Positions 12,108-23,341 of a stretch of 64,000 nt of DNA are shown here, piece after piece. Within the stretch, counting starts at the first letter, position 1; every line of letters begins with the position of its first letter. Both the position numbers and the translations under genes were made by a program. Below the pieces are notes generated by a model. That model was not told the DNA's origin. It saw nothing but the letters and a program-made list of their open reading frames with translations, and made no database searches. Where the stretch lies: contig NC_087261.1 in assembly GCF_037042905.1 (NCBI RefSeq), positions 4,340,001 through 4,404,000 of the forward strand. The letters run 5' to 3'. Origin of the DNA: Lytechinus pictus. Lineage: Eukaryota.

Positions 12108-13207
12108 ATGAAGTTGTTTAGTGTTCACTCTATGTACTGTACAGTAGTTCTACAAATAAAACCTCCTCCAGCAAATAAAAAACAAATCATTTAAACTTTT
12201 GATATTTGGTAATAATTCTATCACATCATTTACCGGTACTCAATTACATTGTCAAGTTTTTAACAATATAACATTTCAGGCATATATATGTGAAAAAAAG
12301 TTTCAATTTTTTGGTAAGAATACAAGAGAAATTAAATTTGAATTCACTAAAAAAAATTAAATGTCTTCTTTGATCAAGGACATTTTTATCATATAGAATG
12401 ATGATTTTTGTATCAGAAACTATTTCAATACATGTAGCTAGTTTCATTGTGGAAATCTAATCACTGAGTTTATCAAAGTATTGAAATTTTCCATTAGTTT
12501 AAAATCTAGCAACTTTTCAACATCACAAGCAAATTACTTGTTAAGAAAAAATCTACAAGAAATATTCTTCTGAACAAAAATACATAGTTAGTATGTTGAC
12601 TTTTCATTTCTTGTCTTAATCTGCTTTTATCTTCTATGAACTTTAAAACCAGGAATGTTAGAAATAAAATGAAGGTGATGGGAGATAAGCATGGAATTTT
12701 GATGACTAAAGAAAGAGAAAGGATGATAGACACAGTTAATTACTAAAGAACCGGAAACTCACTCAATAGCCTACTAGAGAAAAAAATACAATTTTTTAGA
12801 TCTGAAGAATGGCTCAACAAACACTTTTGAAAAAAACAGTATTAGCAAAAATAAAAATAAATAAAAAAAAAAGAGAGAGAGAGAAAGATCTGTCCTCCAG
12901 CATCAACTCATTTAGACATGGGTTAGATTTTTTTGGTCAAAAAAACATTTTAAAATTGTCTGACATCCTGACCAATGTAAAGACTTTTAATTATGCATCA
13001 AGTGTTTATGACTGGGAGATTTACATGACTATCTACATGTACACTCCCACACAGATGGTGATGAGGATGAAACCAAAACTTTAGAGTTTACTTTACTTTG
13101 GGAAGTTTGAATCTTCAACATGGTCAATCAATCATCATAATGATGCTGTAGTCCAACTCTGCATCTGAAGATACAGAAGATTGCTGACCAGTGAGTCCTC
13201 ATTTATA

Positions 13208-14009
13208 TAGGGACAGTGATTTTCCGTTTCAAAAAATTGCCTTTTCCGTTTCAGAAAATCTCAAATTCCGTTTCAGCATGTCAGAAAACGGAAATTCCGT
13301 TTCCCCATAGACTTTGTACACACGGAAAAGTGACAATTCCGTTTACACATTGAATAGCAAAATCACATTGAATCGCACTGGTCAAAATTTGTATCTGCTA
13401 CTGTACCAACAACACAATAGAATCCGTTCTAATAAGATCTATGCGGGTGCATAAAATATTTTTACAAACCCATTTAGCATGCATACATCCTCACCTTTCA
13501 CATTAATAACATTATTTCACGGTGAAATGATATTTCATCGATAATTTTGGGGTTTTTTGGACATCGTTATCATCAGTCAACGGCTTTAGCCAATCCGCCA
13601 TCTTGGATTTTAAGACCACGATATCGTGCTGTTACATATTCAAACGTAGAGGGCAGCAACACACAACCGTGTAGTTGAACGATATGTGTGCATGTGAAGC
13701 CCAACCCGGCCGGCCGTGCCGGGTACGGGACGGGTGCGGGGTACAATCGAGTGTGCTGATGTCGAGTGCAGTCACGATGTGTGAATTGTCATGATAGTAG
13801 CGAAGTGAGATCGTGTTTTATGGGGTTTTGTGGCCATTTAATATTCTCATTTTGTTGTGATTTTGGAGTAATTTCTGTTGCTATTCTGTGTATTTTGAGG
13901 GAATATACATTTTCCGTGATTTTCCGTTTGAAATGCCACTTTCCGTTTCAAAAGGCCCTTTCCGTGAATTCCGTCCGTTTTCCGCGATCGCGGAAAATCA
14001 CTGTCCCTA
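13208..14009. mobile_element. hAT-like MITE, CpG-rich core
   Basis: TIRs TAGGGACAGTGATTTTCCG / CGGAAAATCACTGTCCCTA; TTTATA on both flanks; TTCCGT subterminal repeats. Confidence 0.85.
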
Positions 14010-14022
14010 TTTATAGACCTTA

Positions 14023-14332
14023 TGGCCCGTATTCTGAACTCAGGTTTAAATTAAACCCTGGTTTAAAGTTGTGGTTTAAGTATGGAGAGAAAATTGGGGC
14101 AAAAAGCCCTAACAGTACACATCTGATTTTTTAAGTCACAACACTAAATTGTTCATAATTGTCTGGGAATGATAACTGAAGTATTTTTCTTCATTATAAA
14201 AGCAAAAGGAAACAAAACAATAAACATAAGAAATATAAATTATAAACAGAATTTTTGAATATTTGGCTCCCATAATTTTAGCACCGACTTAGACCGTGAT
14301 GTAATTTAAACCTGACTTCAGAATACGGACCA
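14023..14332. mobile_element. MITE (Harbinger-like)
   Basis: TIRs TGGCCCGTATTCTGAACTCAGGTTTAAATTA / TAATTTAAACCTGACTTCAGAATACGGACCA. Confidence 0.75.
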
Positions 14333-15030
14333 AAGTTAGATTTACATTTTAATTTGCATGATTTTTGTGCAAGGACAATGATGAAGCATGCCAAGACTCA
14401 CTCATCAAGGGTTCATTACATGCCGCCGCACACAGAAAAATCAAGCCATATTGATGGAAATTGTGTTGTGTACGACAGAAGCTAGAAGTGGCATCGCAGC
14501 ACGCGCGACCCACTAGTTAGAAATCCAGTTCTTTGTGCGAGGTTAGTATAGTATACTCACTAACCTCATAATAGTGTGAGTGGCCTGGCCTGTTCGAGAA
14601 AGATAATTAAATATTAAAATGAAGAATTTAAAGTAAAACTACACTACCAGTCACAATTCTTTGACTACCTGTTTCACCAGAGAACAACAGATTCAGTCCA
14701 CTGAATCTATTTTTCTCTGGTGAAACAGGTAAACAGGTAATGTTTATAGTCAAAGAATGGTGACTGGTAGCGGTACTGTAATTTTTTAATATGATTATGT
14801 TATGAGTGACATCATCATCATCATTTTTGACATTAAATAACAATCATTAGATCTAGATCTACCGGTATATCTATTTTGTTCTGCCATGTCATTGTACGGC
14901 CAATCTCTAATGTTAAACCTAGATCTAGTCCTTGTCAACGTGGTTAATCAATCATCATCATTCATGTTCATGATGATGCTGTGGTCGGTCGACTGGTGGT
15001 GGTCCGACTAGCGACTCTGCATCTGAAGAC

Positions 15031-17654
15031 GACCGACGGAGAAGCCCATCAAGTGCTATGGAAAATAATATATTGTTGAATAATTATATCAGACAACTGT
15101 CTGAAAACAAAGACACAGCTATATTTATCGTTGGTGACTTTAACTTTCCCGAAATAGACTGGAATTCATGGTACGTCAGAGGGTTAGGTGACAACCAGGC
15201 TAAACATTTTGTAAATGCTCTTCAAGACTCGTATTTTTTTCAACATGTATCTGAATATACAAGATTTAGACAAGGGCAAAATCCCAGTGTTTTAGACCTC
15301 GTTATTACAAACACAGAAGACATGATTAAAAACTTGGATGTGCTGCCTCCATTAGGAAAAAGTGACCATTGTTGTATTGTTGTTGACTTGAAAGTCTCTG
15401 GAGAAAAAAGAGCCAGAACAAAGTCATTAAAGTTGAAACTAGACAAAGGAGATTATGAGAAACTCAATTATCTTCTCAGTGATATTAAGTGGAGTGAACT
15501 TTTAGTAGACAGGACATGCTGTGATGCCTGGAAACTCTTCAAAGATATATTCCTTACTTTTGTTCAGGAATGCGTGCCTCCTTGCCAGATAAGAGACTCG
15601 AAGAAACGTAGGAGCCCATATATATCGAAAGAAGCATTGAGGTTATCCAGCAAGAAGAAAAAAGCATGGAAGATGTATGTAAACACTGAAAGTATTATTG
15701 ATCATGCTAAATACAAAAGGATACGTAATCATTTGAGACAAGTTACCAGACAGGACTGTATTGAGTATGAAGGATCACTAGCTAAGGAGGTAGCCTCAAA
15801 CCCGAAGAAATTTTGGAAGTATGCCAACAGGAAAATAAAATCAAGACCTGGAATAAGTGATCTAGTAAACTCAGAGGGAAAAGTCATAAGTTCAGACATA
15901 GAAAAGGCAAAACTTCTTAATGACTTCTTTTCAAGCGTTTTTGTCAATGAGAATTTGTATTTTATGCCAGATATAAATTGGCAATACTCTGGTCCACCAC
16001 TATCTGATGTAATTATTACTAAAGAAAAGGTAGAAAAGAAAGTTCTTAAACTGAATGGAAGCAAATCTCCAGGTCCAGACGAAATGCATCCAAGACTGTT
16101 GAAGGAAACTGCACGTTCCATTTCTGTTCCACTACAAATCATTTTTGAGAAGTCATTTGATGAAGGCATGCTTCCTGGTGATTGGAAAGTCGGAAACATA
16201 ACTCCGCTACACAAAAAGGGAAGCAAGAAGAACATTGAAAACTATAGACCAATAAGTTTAACCTCAGTGGTTGGAAAAGTGATGGAGGGTTTAATTCGTG
16301 ATATAGTGATGCAACATCTGATGGATCATTGTTTGCTTTCAAACTGTCAACATGGATTTACTCCAAATCGGTCCTGTATGACACAACTTTTATGTGCAAT
16401 GGAAGAAATGACAGGCAAACTTGATGCTGGAATTCCTATTGATGTCATTTATTTAGACTTTTGTAAAGCATTTGACTCTGTTCCTCATGAAAGGCTTCTC
16501 AAGAAATTAATGTCATATGGTATAGTTGGAAAATTACATGCTTGGATAAGAGCCTTTGTAACAGGAAGGGAACAGAGAGTGACTATCAACGGTGAAAGTT
16601 CTGATTGGAGTCAAGTAAGCAGCGGAATTCCGCAAGGGAGCGTGTTAGGACCCATTCTCTTTGTCATCTTTATAAATGATTTACCTAATATTTTGGACAA
16701 TTCTGTGTATATATTTGCCGACGATACCAAAATCATCGGTGATGTTAGCTCTGATGTTAAACAAAAGACTCTTCAAGCAGATCTTACTCATGCTGTCGAA
16801 TGGAGTGAAACCTGGCAACTTAAGTTTAATACTAAGAAATGCAAGGTTCTACATATTGGAAAGAACAATTCAAGAAGTGTGTATACTATGAATGGAGATG
16901 AATTAGAACCATGTAAGCAGGAAAAAGATCTCGGTGTTATTATGGATGAAGAGCTCAATTTTCACCAACATGTCTCAGCAGCTGTTCTGAAAGCTAACCA
17001 AATACTTGGAATAATACACAGGACTTTTTCTCAAATAACCCCTGAAATATTACCAATTTTGTTTGTATCTCTGGTTCGACCTCATCTGGAATATGGAAAC
17101 ATTTTATGGCATGTGAGATTCAAAATGGATGCAGACAAAGTAGAGAAGGTGCAAAGGAGAGCTACTCGCATGATTCCTGGTCTCCAGAGCTTACCGTATG
17201 AGCAACGTCTACAGAGACTAAACCTTCACTCACTGTTTTACAGAAGACGAAGAGGAGATATGATTACTGTGTACAAACTGTTAAATGGAAAGTTTGGGAT
17301 CTCGAGTGATATATTTTTCACACCAGCAATCCATTCAGCAACTAGAGGTCACAAGTTCAAGCTCTTCACAGGACGATCCCGGTTGGAACTTAGGAGCAAA
17401 TTTTTTAGTCAAAGAGTAATTTCTGACTGGAACAAACTGCCTACAGAAGTAGTGGAAGCAAAATCAGTGGAAATGTTTAAACATCGTTTGGATAAATTTT
17501 GGTGGGGGGAAAGATTTAAAACCTCCATTTCTCAACGCACGTAAAGTCTCACAAGTTTAAACTGTCTAGATAATCGTCAATTATCGGAAGTTAAGATCGG
17601 AAAACCTACAGGAGAAGTCCTTCATTTCCGTACCTGATGTGATGTGATGTGATG
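15031..17654 (+). mobile_element. CR1-clade non-LTR retrotransposon, 5'-truncated, young
   Basis: Begins inside the APE domain (RSPSS at 15040). 3'UTR stem-loop CGGAAA..AGGA-gaag-TCCT..TTTCCG, tail (TGATG)4 at 17635-17654, flanking duplication TGAAGAC at 15024-15030 and 17655-17661. Confidence 0.92.
15058..17544 (+). CDS. CR1 ORF2 (partial apurinic endonuclease + reverse transcriptase), uninterrupted 828 aa
   Basis: GDFNFPEIDW, LDLVITN and GKSDH endonuclease motifs; YRPISLTS, YLDFCKAFDSVPH, GIPQGSVLGPILFVIFINDLP and IFADDTK RT motifs; C-terminal LVRPHLEYG, TRGHKFKL and FFSQRVISDWNKLP typical of CR1. Confidence 0.93.
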   Translation: MENNILLNNYIRQLSENKDTAIFIVGDFNFPEIDWNSWYVRGLGDNQAKHFVNALQDSYFFQHVSEYTRFRQGQNPSVLDLVITNTEDMIKNLDVLPPLGKSDHCCIVVDLKVSGEKRARTKSLKLKLDKGDYEKLNYLLSDIKWSELLVDRTCCDAWKLFKDIFLTFVQECVPPCQIRDSKKRRSPYISKEALRLSSKKKKAWKMYVNTESIIDHAKYKRIRNHLRQVTRQDCIEYEGSLAKEVASNPKKFWKYANRKIKSRPGISDLVNSEGKVISSDIEKAKLLNDFFSSVFVNENLYFMPDINWQYSGPPLSDVIITKEKVEKKVLKLNGSKSPGPDEMHPRLLKETARSISVPLQIIFEKSFDEGMLPGDWKVGNITPLHKKGSKKNIENYRPISLTSVVGKVMEGLIRDIVMQHLMDHCLLSNCQHGFTPNRSCMTQLLCAMEEMTGKLDAGIPIDVIYLDFCKAFDSVPHERLLKKLMSYGIVGKLHAWIRAFVTGREQRVTINGESSDWSQVSSGIPQGSVLGPILFVIFINDLPNILDNSVYIFADDTKIIGDVSSDVKQKTLQADLTHAVEWSETWQLKFNTKKCKVLHIGKNNSRSVYTMNGDELEPCKQEKDLGVIMDEELNFHQHVSAAVLKANQILGIIHRTFSQITPEILPILFVSLVRPHLEYGNILWHVRFKMDADKVEKVQRRATRMIPGLQSLPYEQRLQRLNLHSLFYRRRRGDMITVYKLLNGKFGISSDIFFTPAIHSATRGHKFKLFTGRSRLELRSKFFSQRVISDWNKLPTEVVEAKSVEMFKHRLDKFWWGERFKTSISQRT

Positions 17655-17661
17655 TGAAGAC

Positions 17662-18040
17662 TGCGGACCAGTGGCAGTGATTCGTCAGCGGACCAGCGGG
17701 AAACCCCGGGGCAGACGTCGTCTCGAATGCCGCCTATTTAGCCGAGACTTTTTATTCCACAACAAATATCACTTTACAACTCATACAAAAGGTGATTCAA
17801 ATGATATATAATTACCAAGTAAAATGTATAGGAGGTCTCTGATTCTGTTTCAACTGAATATAAGATGAAAATCCAGGGAAATCCAGTATTTTAAGGCCGT
17901 CCCATTCAGCTTCTGGCCACAGTCGTGACAGTATTTTCACGAGCACTTCCTTGTTCTCAAATAATTGCAAAAGCAATAGCGCCATCTACCGGCACCGGTA
18001 CTCGTAAAAATTAGTGAGGCCACTGACAGTGAGGCGCCGA
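17662..18040 (-). promoter_or_regulatory. Putative CpG-rich promoter/5' end of the Src-family gene
   Basis: CpG-rich non-repeat DNA at the edge of the CpG-poor Src intron. ETS-like AGGAAGTG (17944-17951, minus) and CTCF-like CCGGTAGATGGCGCTA (17977-17992, minus). Inference only; no transcript data. Confidence 0.4.
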
Positions 18041-18199
18041 TTATTCTGTTTATGATGTTTTTTTTAAACAATTCAATTTTCCTTACGTATTAAATTACGT
18101 ATTTCATTATTTACAATTGATTAAAATTGATTTATTATTATTAATGAATACTGAAACAGTTTGAGAATATATTTTTGAAAATTGTAGACCTACTTGATT

Positions 18200-18320
18200 A
18201 TATGCCCTTTGGTAAGGAATTTATCCTCATTACCAGGTCCCTCGGAGAGGACCTTAAGCCGTTGGTCCACTGGTTGCTTGCTCACAGGCATTCGTGCTTT
18301 CTAAGCAGTCAGGTAAAAAA
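18200..18320 (+). mobile_element. SINE fragment (central conserved domain)
   Basis: TGCCCTTTGGTAAGGAATTTATCCTCATTACCAGGTCCCTCGGAGAGGACCTTAAGCCGTTGGTCC resembles CORE/Meta-type SINE bodies; a more degenerate relative lies at ~32085-32160. Confidence 0.45.
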
Positions 18321-18445
18321 AACCTCGGTATAACAAAACCTCGGTAAAAAATCTCTCTCGTAACCTCCAAGAATAACTATATAGAGGCTAACCCAGGGAG
18401 CTTCCTGGGTTATACAGAGGCATGTACAGTCATGGACGATGAGAC

Positions 18446-19902
18446 CAGTGGCGTACCGTGGGCCATGGCATGGGGGGAGCACCATCAAAAATTGTGAGTT
18501 ACTTAGTGGGCGCGCGAATAGCTCTATACTGACCTAATAGAGATTATCTAAGGAATGTGCCATTATGAAGATGTATCTCACTCTGATCAAATAACGCGAG
18601 CGCGAAGCGCGAGCTCAAAAAAATTATATTCAGACCTAAAAGGGACATTATAGGCAATTTTTTGTAATCATGATGCGTACCTGTCTCACTGCTATAAACA
18701 AACAACGCTAGAGCGAAGCGCGAGCTGATTTTTTTTTATTCGACCCCAGGGACCTTTTATGGACTATTTTATAGTTATAAAATGCGAGTGCTAAATAAAA
18801 GCACGTACCGATTTTCTTTTTAAGAATTACATCTGAATACACGAAGCACTTTTTGTAGTCATTGTCATCATGAACATAATTATCTCACTGATCAAATGTT
18901 GCGAGTGCGAAGCGGGAGCAGAAAATTTTTCATATTCAGACATGAAGAGGGGCATTCTAAGGCTTGTTTAATATAGGAATTCATTAAGACCATTCGTATT
19001 CCACAAACCTTATGATGCGAGCACGAAGCGTGAGCTGAATTTTTTTTATATTCAGACCAAAAGTAAGGGGACATGCTAAGGACTGTTTTTAGGAATTCAT
19101 GAAAAGCAGACATATCTCACTAATCCACTAATGCGAACATAAGCACGGACTGGAAATGTTTTATATTCAGACCTCAAATGGGGCAATCTCTTTATTTTGC
19201 TTAAAAAAGCACAATTAATTGCTTGGACCAATTAAGCCATTTTGAGGTGTTTAATTAATTTTTAGTGGCCAAACACGGAGTAGCGTGTGCGCAGCGCTTT
19301 GTAACCGAAATTAAAAGATTAAGATTAGATTTGATTAAGTAGTCATGAAAAAACACATGTCACTAAAAATACATAAAATAATATAATCTCTAATTGAGAG
19401 GAAATTTATTGGTGTATATTGACTTGAAAACGGGATTTTTTAGTAATATTTGATCCACTTGAACTTGGGATTATATATCTAAATAAACAGACAATGTGAG
19501 CATCAGGAGTGATGAACACATACACTGTAAAAAATGAAGTGCTAATTTAGCACTTACAGTGCTTGTATAGTGACTGCACTACTAGTGCTGATTTTCTAGT
19601 TAAAATTTGAGTTAGAAAATCAGCACCCGTAGTGCAGTCACTATACATACACTGTAAGTGCTAAATTGAAACTGCAGTTTTTACATTGTAGGCCTTAAGC
19701 AAATTATGTTTCATAAAGTAAATATTTCTTATGTAATATAATATAATACAATATAACATGATATAATATACAATAATTTATTCTCCTTCTCCCACACTTC
19801 GTTTCCCTTTCTTCCTCTTTTTCTCCAGTCCCCCCCCCCCTTGGCCAGCCGATGGGGGGCACGTCCCCCTATGCCCCCCCCCCCCCCATAGTTACGCCAC
19901 TG
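18446..19902. mobile_element. hAT-like non-autonomous element, family C (GCGAGCGCGAAGCGCGAGC internal repeats)
   Basis: CAGTGGCGTA...TACGCCACTG termini; degenerate 8-bp TSD GATGAGAC/GACGGGAC; ~100-bp internal repeats; second copy at 22361-23341. Confidence 0.8.
19523..19688. mobile_element. Palindromic CACTGTAAAAA-type MITE nested in family C
   Basis: Near-perfect foldback CACTGTAAAAA..AATTTAGCACTTACAGTG..GTATAGTGACTGCACTAC..GTGCTGATTTTCTA / TAGAAAATCAGCAC..GTAGTGCAGTCACTATAC..CACTGTAAGTGCTAAATT..TTTTTACATTG. Absent from the second family C copy. Confidence 0.8.
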
Positions 19903-20604
19903 GACGGGACACGTGCCCCCTCTCAAAAATCGGTTGGCAAAAAAAAAGAGGGAAGAAGAATAAAAGAAGAACAAAGCAGGAAATATTATTACTATTTGTT
20001 TTAAGAAGTGTGTCCTTGAGATGCCTCTTACAATAATTGATCAGAATTTGATGCATCTACTTCTGCATTCACTCCTAGCTTTGAGTGCTCACTAAAATAA
20101 TGACAAAATATTTCACGAAAAAACATGCCCTGTATTATGCAAAAATGCGAACTGTTGACTCGATAAAGCACGTGCTACAAATATAGGCATATTCTTATTT
20201 GATGAAATAAATATGAAAATTCTAAGCTTTCGCTTTCGGTCTTCCACAAGAGGGGGAATGAATTACCATTCTTGCATCATGCAAGAATGGCATGCAGTGC
20301 ACCGACCCTTTCTTCTTATTGTGTCGTTTCCTGACTGTTATTCCCACAATCATTTTCCTTGGTCAATTCTGTCATTCAAAAGCTAGACCAAGGCACAAAG
20401 AGTGACCACTTTGCCCTAAAACACCCTTCCCCCAAAGATAAATAGCTAAGGGAATAAATGAACAAATAAATAAAAACACATTAAAAAACTAAATCAATTT
20501 ATTGATATACCATTAATGATAATAATGATAACATTACCATGTTAAGCAGGGCCCGCTGGTAGAACAATTTCCAGAACTAAAGTGGGTACCCTGGGTAAAC
20601 TATG

Positions 20605-20683
20605 ACGTTATTATTACTATTATTATTATCATTATTATTATCATCATCATAATCATCATCATCATTATTATTATCATTATTAT
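20605..20683. repeat. (ATT/ATC)n microsatellite
   Basis: Direct reading. Confidence 0.85.
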
Positions 20684-22360
20684 ACCAATAGAAAATTTTA
20701 AAAATGACCATCATTTGTAAATCGGATATCGAATTGTGTATGCATCTGTATGATGATTATATACATTGCAATAATGCAAACCGTCGGAAATAACTGAAAA
20801 GTCTCCATGGCAGACATTCTAGATGCCGATGAGCATGATGGGAAACGTGGTGTCTGTATGGATATGCTGTCCCATGGTGTGTCTAGTAAAATCGATTTAC
20901 TAAATGTTGGTGAACAATCCTTCACGTTCATATATATGAATGAATGAATCTTTATTTCGTTTCAATTCCGATATTAAACAACAACAACAACAGTAAATCA
21001 TTGCGATATAAGTAAATAGAAAAGAACAAAAGTGAATAATTACAGGATACTATACATAATACATGCGCTACTTTTTATGGAACATTAGCAACACCCATGA
21101 GAAAACATGTTGTGTTGTCGTTGGATCTTATATTGTTGTTGTTGTTGTCCTGAACTGTCAGTTCAAAATAATAATTTATTGATTAAAGATGATTACTTGA
21201 CGATGATGATGATGATGATGATAAATACATGGGTAAGTCTGATGGTAACTATACTCTGAAGATGAAGATAATATAAATGTTGCAAACTAATGTAGTATAC
21301 TTTTCTGTAGCTCTAAACTCCAATCTCTGAAACCAATCTGTAATCTGGAACAATCTCTAAAGTAATCTGATCTGTTCATATAAGTGAAAGTCTTTTGATC
21401 CTTCACTTCGCTTGCATCTAAAAGCACAATAGCTCCGAACGAAAGGAAAGAAAATTCCACGCAATATTCGTCAGATATGCTGATAAATTATAAAGTAAAT
21501 AGGTATCGTGTATTCTCCTAACAACATTTTTCACCACAAAAACTACTTAGGGGCCTACTTAAAATTGCTCGGCCCGCTCGCTCGCATTATTGCACAGATT
21601 TAATAACTTATACAATTAGTAGTTTTATAATTAGTAACTGTTCCCTTTTGATAACTTAAGATATTTCAGTTTGATTCATATTATCATTTAAGTAAAAATA
21701 TTTGTTTATTTATGTTACTAAGCATTGTTATCTTTGACTTAGATTTTGACTTTATTTTCATGTATGGTATGATGATTTATGTTGTTCTTTATGTTTTCAT
21801 TAGGTCATTGATGAAAAACAGTTTTATGCTAATCTTTTGTACCTGAATAAATATGTTCTAATAAATAAATAAATTTAAAAGGGAAGTATAAAGCTAGATG
21901 GACGTTGCTCAACGTACTCGTTAATATTGATTTTTAGGAATAAAACGAAAATCCAGATGATTGGCCCTTGCTCAGCCCATTGGTTCCTAAGTCCAGCCTT
22001 ATCACATTCTAAACTTGAAATCCGATCTTTAATTAAAATTTCTGTGGACAGGTATTTGAATTTAAAATATATAGTTTTTAAAAATTTAATCGGGTCGTTA
22101 TTCTGAAATCCAATCAATTCAAGACAACAGAGAGAAAAAAAGCCAATTCTTTTTCCACTTCTATACATGTATAAGTGCATTGTGAATGTCCATCCATGGT
22201 GCCACTGAAAATGGCTTAATTCATTCTTATAAAGGCACCCCTCTATCTAGCGCCATCTTACTTTCAAGCAAGGAATCGAACTCTTCAATTTTCACCATTC
22301 TGACCCCTCTCTTCTCTCCTTTTTTTTTTTTAAATGCTGCTCGGATCGAATTCATGTACG

Positions 22361-23341
22361 CAGTGGCGTACCGTGGGTCACGACATTGGGGGGGGGGGGT
22401 CACCTGAAAAAAAATTGAGTCATTTAGTGGGCGTTCGAAGCGCGCTCATTTGCCAGGTATACTGACCTGATACAGACTGTGCCATTAAACGGATATGTAT
22501 CTCACTGATAAAAAAATGTGAGCGCGAAGCGCGAGCTATTTTATTATATTCAGACCTTAAAAAGGGACATTAAAAGCATATTTTGGTAATCATGAATCAT
22601 GATACGTACTTGTTTCACTAAATTAATGCGAGCGTGAATGCTTGCTGAAATTTTTGTGACCCCAAACAGGGACATTATATTTTGGTAACCATAAACATGA
22701 TACGTATCTCAATCAAATATTGCGAGCGCGAAGCACGGGCTGAAAATATTGAAATTCAGACCTGAAAAGGGGCATTATAAGGCTTGTTTGTAGAAATTCA
22801 CTATAAGACCATACGTATTTCACTAAACAAATTATGCGAGCGCGATGCGCTAGCTGAAAAGTTTTGATATTCAGACCAGAAAAAGGGGCATTATAAGAAC
22901 TTATTTAAAGGAATTCATGAAGAGCAGACATATCTTACCGATCCGCTAATGCGAACGTAAAGACGGACTGAAAATGCTTTATATTCAGACCTTAAAAGGG
23001 GGCAATTCCTTTAATTAGTCATGGAAAAGAAGCATTGTGTCACTACATAAAACCATAATAACTCGAAATGCCAGGATTTTTTTGCTTGGTGTATATTGAC
23101 ATGAAAATATGATGTTTTGTACAACAGGTTTATATAACTCATTAAACAGACGATGCGAGCACCAGGAATAATTAACAAATAGGCGCTAAGCAAATTGTTT
23201 CATAAAGTTATGAAAAAATCTTATGGAACATGATATGATATAATATACAATAATTTTTTCTTCCCCTGCTACTTTTCTCTCTTTTTTTTTGTGAGCCGAT
23301 TTGGGTGGCACGTGCCCCTCGGCCTCGAACTTACGCCTCTG
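22361..23341. mobile_element. hAT-like non-autonomous element, family C, copy 2
   Basis: CAGTGGCGTACCGTGGG start, TTACGCCTCTG end; colinear with 18446-19902. Confidence 0.8.

Noticed and set aside
15240-16342. Antisense ORFs within the CR1 element
   Set aside because: Shadow frames of the RT ORF with no recognisable motifs.
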